A DNA stretch of 64,000 bases from a virus (Duplodnaviria > Caudoviricetes), in IMG/VR virus record IMGVR_UViG_3300042301_004035; one strand, given 5' to 3'. The position numbers were made by a program, and so were the translations under genes. The notes beneath the pieces were generated by a model, which searched no databases, was not told where the DNA came from, and saw nothing but the letters and a program-made list of their open reading frames with translations. This document shows, piece by piece, positions 39,683-46,732 of this stretch (position 1 is its first letter; each line of letters starts with the position of its first letter).

Positions 39683-39862
39683 ATGTTAGGTAAATTTCTA
39701 GGTAAAGTTACTGGCAAATCAGTGGAAGTAGTTACTGCTACGCCAGAATTTCTAAAGACGAACACTAAAGCGACTATGGAAGCACTCAAGGGTGCAAAAG
39801 ATGGATTCGTAACTGATTTCAAGGCTGAATACAACAAGCCTGAAGTAACTAACGAGGACTAA
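39683..39862 (+). CDS. Hypothetical 59-aa protein
   Basis: AAGGAG RBS; MLGKFLGKVTGKSVEVV... Confidence 0.5.
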   Translation: MLGKFLGKVTGKSVEVVTATPEFLKTNTKATMEALKGAKDGFVTDFKAEYNKPEVTNED

Positions 39863-39941
39863 TACAAAGATTTGGGCTAGTCCCAAAATAAGCAATAAAC
39901 ACATATCATATCCACATAATAAACACATAAGGAATAAACAC

Positions 39942-40985
39942 ATGTCATTACTCGAAAAATTCGGTTACAAGAAAGACGAGTTCGCAATCGCTTTGGAAAA
40001 CCCAGAGTTGTTTGCATCAAACTCAACTACCACCAAAATCACTGTTGGTACACCAGCCAAAATTGCTGGTTCTATCAATGGCGTTGCTGTTCCAACCACC
40101 ATTCTAGTAAAGAATGCTAACTGGAGCCGTCTCACCGTGCGTGACCATGTTATCCGTCGTCAGGACGCAGAGCCACGCATCAGCCAAGTATTCGGTGGTG
40201 TATTCAATAACTTCCAAGCAGACATCACGCTTGAAGTTGATGGTACTGAAATGTCATTGTATGAACTCATGAAGCAGTTCTGCATCGAATCGTTCGGTAC
40301 ATCCCTTACAGATGACCAAGTAAACAAGATGTTGGAGAGCAACCTTTCGCTCAACGGCATTCGTAACGGTGGCCCTCTGATGTTCCAACAAATGGGTGCA
40401 AATCCTGCTGGTATCGCACACGCAGTAGAAGCGTTCCGTACAGCTGGAGCAATTGACGATATGAAGTCTGTTGCATCAAGCAAGTCATTCAACACTGCTT
40501 ACAAGATTCCTGGCGATGGTGCTGGTCTTGAAGTTGTATCGTTTGAACTTGGTACATCTGACCGTTCACTCTCAAAGACAGGACAAGGCTTCATTGACAT
40601 CGTCAGTGCAGTGACCGAAAACTTTGAGCGTGTAAAGAACCACAAGTCTGTTGCTAAAGTATTGCAAGACAAGTTGAACACAAACATCGGTTCAATGAGC
40701 CAAGAAGCAATCAAGAAGGCACAGACAGAAATCAAGATTGAACTTGACATGGCTAAAGACTATGCTAACTGCTGGTCTGGTGCTGCTCGTCAAACCAAGA
40801 TTGACAATGGTCGCAAGATCGTTGAGAACAAGTACAACGCAGTAAACGCCCCATGTGGTCGTTGGTCTGCCGTAGTTGCTGGTCAAACCATCGACTTCGA
40901 TGTATGGTCAAACTCGACAAAAGCACCAGTACAGACCGCAGAACAGCAGATCAGCGATATCGCAACCGCTGAGGTACCGTTCTAA
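39942..40985 (+). CDS. Highly expressed hypothetical protein with an SSB-like C-terminal tail
   Basis: 347 aa, strongly biased codons, ends ATAEVPF. Confidence 0.55.
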   Translation: MSLLEKFGYKKDEFAIALENPELFASNSTTTKITVGTPAKIAGSINGVAVPTTILVKNANWSRLTVRDHVIRRQDAEPRISQVFGGVFNNFQADITLEVDGTEMSLYELMKQFCIESFGTSLTDDQVNKMLESNLSLNGIRNGGPLMFQQMGANPAGIAHAVEAFRTAGAIDDMKSVASSKSFNTAYKIPGDGAGLEVVSFELGTSDRSLSKTGQGFIDIVSAVTENFERVKNHKSVAKVLQDKLNTNIGSMSQEAIKKAQTEIKIELDMAKDYANCWSGAARQTKIDNGRKIVENKYNAVNAPCGRWSAVVAGQTIDFDVWSNSTKAPVQTAEQQISDIATAEVPF

Positions 40986-41000
40986 GGTTATCTAAATTTG

Positions 41001-41040
41001 GTGGGGTTGGCCTGACTGATCGCGGGTCAACCCTACTAAT
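41001..41040 (+). terminator. Probable terminator hairpin
   Basis: GTGGGGTTGGCCTG...CGGGTCAACCCTAC after the stop of 39942-40985. Confidence 0.5.
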
Positions 41041-41155
41041 AAACTTTTAGTGGGTAGTAAGTGTGCACATTCCCGATGAATGCTGCGAACCAACCATTTG
41101 CTACCCACTATTTAAGTATAATAAAAAAAATTTTATTAACTCAAAAAGGATTAAC

Positions 41156-41419
41156 ATGAGCACCCCACTTGAAATGCTAAATATCCAGCGTTGGATGAAA
41201 GACGCCGCATGTAAAGGAAACACTGAAGGTGACTGGTTCCCAGAAGCCCCAGGCAATTACCCTACAGTAAAAATAGCATTAGCCATATGTAAAGATTGTC
41301 TAGTCAAACAAGAATGTTTAGATTATGCTATGTCACGACCAGAACTACAGGGCATCTGGGGTGGAGTAACAGCACGCAAGCGTGGCAGAATGCGAGCCGA
41401 AGGAAAAAAAAGTGAATGA
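41156..41419 (+). CDS. whiB: WhiB-family transcription factor
   Basis: W...AAC...FP...C..C.V...C...GIWGG. Confidence 0.9.
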   Translation: MSTPLEMLNIQRWMKDAACKGNTEGDWFPEAPGNYPTVKIALAICKDCLVKQECLDYAMSRPELQGIWGGVTARKRGRMRAEGKKSE

Positions 41420-41789
41420 ATACCCAACAAATTATCCTCGTCATGGCTTTCACATGTGTCATGGGTGCGGGTCTATGGCTCCGCATCATACTCAAGAAAA
41501 CTTTCCAGATAATGGATGGGCATTTAATCTCAATCACTTCGGATACTATGCCGGCTTCACAGATCCAATCGGAGAACCAGAACAACTAGTCAGACTATGT
41601 CACGACTGCGTAATAAAGTTCCTAGACGCCTTCCCACTACTCAGTGTACTAGTAGGCAAAGGATGCCACAGCCAGTCAGGCCCCAATGAAAAACCATGCT
41701 GTCAATATGCATGGAAAGCAGAATGGATAGGCAACAGTGCCATAAACTATTTAGCTTCAGAAGATGGCCAACAATGGATCATCCAATAA
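41412..41789 (+). CDS. Hypothetical Cys/His-rich protein
   Basis: CHGC...CHDC...CC. Confidence 0.5.
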   Translation: MNEYPTNYPRHGFHMCHGCGSMAPHHTQENFPDNGWAFNLNHFGYYAGFTDPIGEPEQLVRLCHDCVIKFLDAFPLLSVLVGKGCHSQSGPNEKPCCQYAWKAEWIGNSAINYLASEDGQQWIIQ

Positions 41790-42018
41790 CACTCTCTATT
41801 ACTCCCTCTATAACAATACTACTCCCCAAACCTTTTTTCTTGGGGGGCCGAGCGAAGCGAGGCCTCCCTTACCCTAGTAGACTTCCGTATGGAAGCTTAT
41901 AAAAAAATTCGAGGTAGTCCTCAGACCGCCGAGAAAAAAAGAGTACAGATGTTGCAAGTGAGTACACGAGACTGCTATACTGATATCCTAGGAAATAAAC
42001 ACTAAAAGGAGATTATGT

Positions 42019-42234
42019 ATGCCTCGGCAGCATCAATCTAAAGCTGTTCGGAAAGTTCTCGCAGAACTAACCAGACTAGGCTTTAACGTTGAACAAAAGA
42101 AATCAGGTGTCTATCGGATCACTCCACCCCCAGGGGTAGATGGTCCACTGTATACGACACATGGCACGGAATCAGCATTGCATCCGATGCGCCGTGACTT
42201 TAAAAAATATTATAACATAGATATCAACGTTTAA
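42019..42234 (+). CDS. HicA-fold-like small protein (no canonical GSH motif)
   Basis: 'LAELTRLGFNVEQKKSGVYRITPP...TTHGT'; own promoter TTGCAA-18nt-TATACT with an extended -10. Confidence 0.4.
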   Translation: MPRQHQSKAVRKVLAELTRLGFNVEQKKSGVYRITPPPGVDGPLYTTHGTESALHPMRRDFKKYYNIDINV

Positions 42235-42697
42235 GGTGTTTGCTTCCATGGGAGAGCTCATCTCGTATCTCTACTAGGTGGTGGTAGCTATACTTGGGTG
42301 GGTGGGCTCTCCCGCCCCCCTACACTATAAGTATTAAAATAAGATTAATAATAAGATTAAGCTTACACTACCCCTACCACACACACACAAAACCTAAACC
42401 CAACCCAACAAAAATGTTAGACAAACCAATAAATGGAACCCTCTCGCCCCAGCACCCATTATAACTTATATAACTCAGTATAAATCGATATAAACATATA
42501 GATACACATGTGTACACACATCTATTCCTTATACAGTACACTTGTGTACACAATAAAGAATTCTCCCTATAGGATTTGTCTCTCTCAAATCCACTGAATT
42601 CTGATATAGGAATAAGACAGATCAACAATGCCTAGTCCGTATAGGATAGTATTAGAATAGTATTAGACTAAACAATGTATCGTGAAAGGATACTTAT

Positions 42698-43129
42698 ATG
42701 CTCTTTATGATGATGATATGGTTAGCTGTAGCTTCTACCGTAGTAGAAATGATGTTCGCGGCGAGGATCCCAGCCTGGCGTAAGAACGCACACAAATACA
42801 AATGGGTTAACATGACCCTCTCCCTACTGTTATCATTCATCCTAGGTGTAATGTTCGGTGCAGCCGGACTAATCGCCTTAGGTGCAGCCATGATATCCAC
42901 CGTCCTATCCATCCCAGGCTATGCTATCCTACACTGGAATTATGATTCCAAGGAAGCACAAAAGCATGGTGGTAACATGACGCATTACCTTCGCGGCAAA
43001 TGGATGCAAGCATTCAAAGACCTAGCAAAGGTTATTTACGGAATCATTAGAATAATCACATTCCCAATATGGGCTACCAGAGCAGCTATACAAAAGATCA
43101 ATTCCATTAAAGCACGCAGGGCTGTATGA
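42698..43129 (+). CDS. Integral membrane protein
   Basis: Three to four hydrophobic segments. Confidence 0.55.
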   Translation: MLFMMMIWLAVASTVVEMMFAARIPAWRKNAHKYKWVNMTLSLLLSFILGVMFGAAGLIALGAAMISTVLSIPGYAILHWNYDSKEAQKHGGNMTHYLRGKWMQAFKDLAKVIYGIIRIITFPIWATRAAIQKINSIKARRAV

Positions 43130-43197
43130 AATTAGCTATAGCGGCAGCCCTATTCTTAATCTGGTACATAACAATACAGCTATAACAAAGGACAAAC

Positions 43198-43449
43198 ATG
43201 ACAACCAAAGAAGAAATAAACAAACAAGCTGACCAGCTTATCACCAACACACAAGAATTTGTAAAGATCTTCAACCAAGACAATGACGACCAAGTAATTA
43301 ACCTCTTTGACGTTTTAGATTACCTGGGAATAACAGGTCTAAAAATAGTCAAAATTACCCAAGAAGACATTGACCAAGACGGCACACCCGTCACCACATA
43401 CGCTTACATCAAAGCCCTACAGGAAACTAAACAACTTAAAACTATATAG
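43198..43449 (+). CDS. Hypothetical protein
   Basis: 83 aa, AAGGA RBS. Confidence 0.5.
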   Translation: MTTKEEINKQADQLITNTQEFVKIFNQDNDDQVINLFDVLDYLGITGLKIVKITQEDIDQDGTPVTTYAYIKALQETKQLKTI

Positions 43450-43508
43450 ACATCCTGTCAGCGAAAGCAATATAACAAAAAATTACAAAAAAATTTCGCG
43501 CCGAACGG

Positions 43509-43581
43509 GCCTTGGTAGCTCAGGGGATAGAGCAACGGACTTCTAATCCGCAGGTCGTAGGTTCAATTCCTACCCAAGGCG
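43509..43581 (+). tRNA. tRNA-Arg(TCT)
   Basis: Cloverleaf: GCCTTGG/CCAAGGC acceptor, CT-TCT-AA loop, GGTTCAATTCC T-arm. Confidence 0.92.
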
Positions 43582-43626
43582 CCCACTCAAAATCAAAGAA
43601 GTGACAACCAAAGCAAAGGACATGTA

Positions 43627-43992
43627 ATGGCCAAATACTCTATGACATGGGAAGACCACTACTTTATCTTCTACAAGATGAACCGCAACAGAACCATAAC
43701 TTCTGTCGGTACACCAAAGGAAATAACCCTTTGTAATAACAAATACAACGAAGCATTCTACGGCGTTCGAGCCGGCAAATACGGTATTTTTATACCGTCA
43801 GACGCAGAACGCTGGGGAGTCTTCAGTTTTATCAATAACATATGGACACCACAATTTGGTGACCTTATACCTAAAGAATATGAACGCCAACTGTACACTC
43901 TGGACCAAGGACGCTTTGCGCTCCTCAGAAGAAGTACAGTGAATATTAATTTCTCAATAACCACCAAAACAAACACAAAGGCTAAATCATGA
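43627..43992 (+). CDS. Hypothetical protein
   Basis: 121 aa, AAGGA RBS. Confidence 0.5.
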   Translation: MAKYSMTWEDHYFIFYKMNRNRTITSVGTPKEITLCNNKYNEAFYGVRAGKYGIFIPSDAERWGVFSFINNIWTPQFGDLIPKEYERQLYTLDQGRFALLRRSTVNINFSITTKTNTKAKS

Positions 43993-44633
43993 GTACCGTC
44001 CGAATCAACCTCCCAAATGACATCACTATTGAAGCAACACCCGACCAAGCAGTTGCCATCCTAGCCAAGCTGTCTACCCCTAACGCAGAGACTGAAGATC
44101 AGCGTATTAGCAGAATTAAAGCTCAGAATGCGGCAATTAAACCTAAGCTTGAAGCCGAACTAAAAGAGCTTGAAGCCAAGATTGTCAAAGACAAGAAGGC
44201 CCCAGCTAATAAAACAATCATTGCTGACCTTCCAGTATCATCACAAATCAGTCGTCCACAGCGTGAAGTATTGGACTCAATATTCTTCTACGCCCCAAGC
44301 AGAACAAAGTCTAAAGGCAAAGCAGCTTATGTGGCGGCCATCTTAATGGATCGCGAAATACACAGCATGCAAGAGCTTAAGCGTCTTTCTAATGCGCCAA
44401 CAACCACAGTAACATTTGCTATACGCCGTCTACGCGAAGCTGGTAGCACCGTTGAAGTTAGCTCGCAAGTAATGAGTAAGAATACTTTAGTACAGCTTAC
44501 TCGTCTTGCTAAACCTAAGTTTAAAGTTAACAGAACACTTACGCGTACTAAAACAAAGACACAGAATTCCTCTGCGCCAGCAAAGAATTCACCAATCATA
44601 ATCCCTAAAGGATTCACAGAACTAACCGTGTAA
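43989..44633 (+). CDS. Putative DNA-binding protein with a C-terminal HTH
   Basis: Basic; 'HSMQELKRLSNAPTTTVTFAIRRLREAG' HTH-like segment. Confidence 0.5.
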   Translation: MSTVRINLPNDITIEATPDQAVAILAKLSTPNAETEDQRISRIKAQNAAIKPKLEAELKELEAKIVKDKKAPANKTIIADLPVSSQISRPQREVLDSIFFYAPSRTKSKGKAAYVAAILMDREIHSMQELKRLSNAPTTTVTFAIRRLREAGSTVEVSSQVMSKNTLVQLTRLAKPKFKVNRTLTRTKTKTQNSSAPAKNSPIIIPKGFTELTV

Positions 44634-44787
44634 ACGGTTAACAAGTTGTCAGTACTGGGCTATGTAATCAAGGTTGTTCATGGTCTGATTGCACAGGGTC
44701 CCTTTCAACTTAAACTTCCTGAGAGTTTAAGTCCGCTCCGCTTCCCCAGGCGTGAGCCCCAGTCTGGCATTTATTTAAAGGAATATT

Positions 44788-45249
44788 ATGACCATAACAC
44801 AAACAGAAATACCAGCACATATAGAGCAATTACTTGATGTACACAATACATTATGGGATGCTCTCTCAGACTCCTATGCCGGTTTAAAATTAGACTATAA
44901 AGGCAGTAAGTATGATATATACAAGCCAGAACATAATGGCTTTACATCTACTGTTCTATCTAATGACAACGGCAAAAACTTTTTGTGGATTACACAAAAT
45001 TTAAACAAGTCATCTTACGGTTCATTCGAAATTAAAAGAGCTCGCTCTCAAGGAGACGATAAACGTATCACTTGGATAGTTGATAACAGCAATGATAAAT
45101 TTTATTATTGCGCTCTTATTAAAACTTGTGTTTATTTTGATGGCAAAAAAGATATTCTTGTCGAAAGATATATCAACGATAACACAGAAGTTGTTTATTG
45201 TACCAATCCAACTTATGCAAGTTACGTTACACACAAATCAAAATATTAA
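44788..45249 (+). CDS. Hypothetical protein
   Basis: 153 aa, AAGGA RBS. Confidence 0.55.
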   Translation: MTITQTEIPAHIEQLLDVHNTLWDALSDSYAGLKLDYKGSKYDIYKPEHNGFTSTVLSNDNGKNFLWITQNLNKSSYGSFEIKRARSQGDDKRITWIVDNSNDKFYYCALIKTCVYFDGKKDILVERYINDNTEVVYCTNPTYASYVTHKSKY

Positions 45250-45439
45250 CTCAAAAATGTTGGACACCTTAATTTATACACCTTAGGTGTTCACGCATAC
45301 ATTATATATATATTTCTTGTAATGTTGCATTCTAATAAATTAAGTGTTATACTATATTTCTAGTAAAAATAAGATATTATTTATATACCTATATATACCT
45401 TTCATAACTCAAATTAACTCACATTAAGGACATATTATC

Positions 45440-45643
45440 ATGGCTAAGCCTTCAAAAACACCTCTTATTCAGGAATTCATTTCAATGAATAATGGAAAGA
45501 CATTTTCCACAAAAGAAATGTGCAAAGAAATCGGAGTAAGTCTTCCTACTCTTCTTGCATTCATCAAAAACAATCCAGACACCTTTAGCTCAATGAGCTA
45601 TGGCGTCTACAAGATCGAAGTAAACATACAGGCTACATACTAA
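45440..45643 (+). CDS. Small HTH DNA-binding protein
   Basis: 'FSTKEMCKEIGVSLPTLLAFI'. Confidence 0.6.
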   Translation: MAKPSKTPLIQEFISMNNGKTFSTKEMCKEIGVSLPTLLAFIKNNPDTFSSMSYGVYKIEVNIQATY

Positions 45644-45780
45644 AACATATATACAAATAAAGAATGAAACTTAACTTTTATTCTTTATACAGGTACTATT
45701 CATCTATCGTTAATAAACGATAGCGCAGGTAAGTTAACACTTACCCATCCCCTAAACAAGGATATGTATTGAATAGATAC

Positions 45781-45809
45781 TTGTTACACCACCATATATG
45801 TGATAGAAT
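45781..45809 (+). promoter_or_regulatory. Sigma70/SigA-type promoter
   Basis: TTGTTA-17nt-TAGAAT with TG at the extended -10 position. Confidence 0.6.
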
Positions 45810-45815
45810 AATACC

Positions 45816-46009
45816 AATGCCCGTAACCAGCGGGCAGGGGAATAATCCCTAACGTAACAGAGAAATACTGTGAAGTCGGAGATGGCTAACCTTGCCACTG
45901 TGACGGGCATTTCGTATATGTCCGCACATCTTCGGTTTCGCAACCTGCGCCGTACTAATGGTTTCCATTTCGGAAATCAGACAAAGACGAAAAGGAGCGA
46001 ACACGGAAT
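45816..46009 (+). ncRNA. Structured 5' leader (riboswitch-like candidate) of the transglycosylase gene
   Basis: A 9-bp closing stem (45816-45824/45903-45911) begins at the predicted TSS and encloses three hairpins; a second multi-hairpin domain lies before the RBS. Confidence 0.45.
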
Positions 46010-46606
46010 ATGCAGAATAAATATAACAAATCAATTATAGGTGTTATAGCTATATTTTTAGCTTTAACAACTGGAGCCAATGCGCTACTTGCGCAAAAAG
46101 TTCCTGACATGGAACCTCCCAGTACCCCTTGGGTACTTAGACACATTCCCGACATAATTGAAAGTAAAACAGCACAAGAACCAATTGCCTTTAAACATGG
46201 TGATGTATCATGGTTGGCAGACCTAGCTATTAAAGTAGGCTGGCCCAAGAAAACAATACCTCGCTTAGAGCACATTGTTCTTCGCGAATCAGGCGGTTGT
46301 CCTAACCGCATTGGTGGATCCATAGTTGATAAGAACTGTAATATTATTGGACACACAGGTGCTACCAATAAATCCGACTCAGGATTATTACAGATCAACG
46401 GTGTTAACTGGGATCCTAAAAGACCAGGAACACAAATTGCTTGTGCTCGACTTAGGATATGTACACAGGAAGCTATATTAGATCCTGTCAACAATCTTAA
46501 AGTGGGACTTCTTCTTTATGAAGAAGCTGGTTGGGGACCTTGGGACCCATGTCAGTGGGGCCCAGAGTACGCAAGCAGATGCAAAACAATGCCTAAAATG
46601 CCTTGA
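46010..46606 (+). CDS. Secreted lytic transglycosylase (SLT/Rpf-like lysozyme fold)
   Basis: Signal peptide; 'IVLRESGG', 'DSGLLQIN', 'DPVNNLKVG', 'GWGPW'. Confidence 0.8.
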   Translation: MQNKYNKSIIGVIAIFLALTTGANALLAQKVPDMEPPSTPWVLRHIPDIIESKTAQEPIAFKHGDVSWLADLAIKVGWPKKTIPRLEHIVLRESGGCPNRIGGSIVDKNCNIIGHTGATNKSDSGLLQINGVNWDPKRPGTQIACARLRICTQEAILDPVNNLKVGLLLYEEAGWGPWDPCQWGPEYASRCKTMPKMP

Positions 46607-46640
46607 TGATAATAATCATTTAGGTTTATAGGAATAAGAC

Positions 46641-46666
46641 GGGGGGCCGAAAGGCCCCCCTTTTTA
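46641..46666 (+). terminator. Intrinsic terminator
   Basis: GGGGGGCC-GAAA-GGCCCCCC followed by a T run. Confidence 0.9.
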
Positions 46667-46732
46667 GTTAACCCAAAAAACATCTTTTTTTGCTAATTCA
46701 AAAGTATAGCAAAAACTTAAACTGAAAGGTAC

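Larger units (their letters stand above)
36936..46642 (+). promoter_or_regulatory. Repeated asymmetric motif GGAATAAG(T/A)CGG, six copies on the plus strand
   Basis: Copies at 36936 (lacks first G), 37681, 38609, 39577, 42609 (ends CAG) and 46631. Confidence 0.6.

Noticed and set aside
45816-45911. Labelling the leader a canonical c-di-AMP (ydaO) riboswitch
   Set aside because: Only short words match; the conserved GCUGAA and GGGGUGAAU segments I would expect are not evident.
45955-46494. 179-aa minus-strand ORF
   Set aside because: Fully antisense to the well-supported transglycosylase gene.
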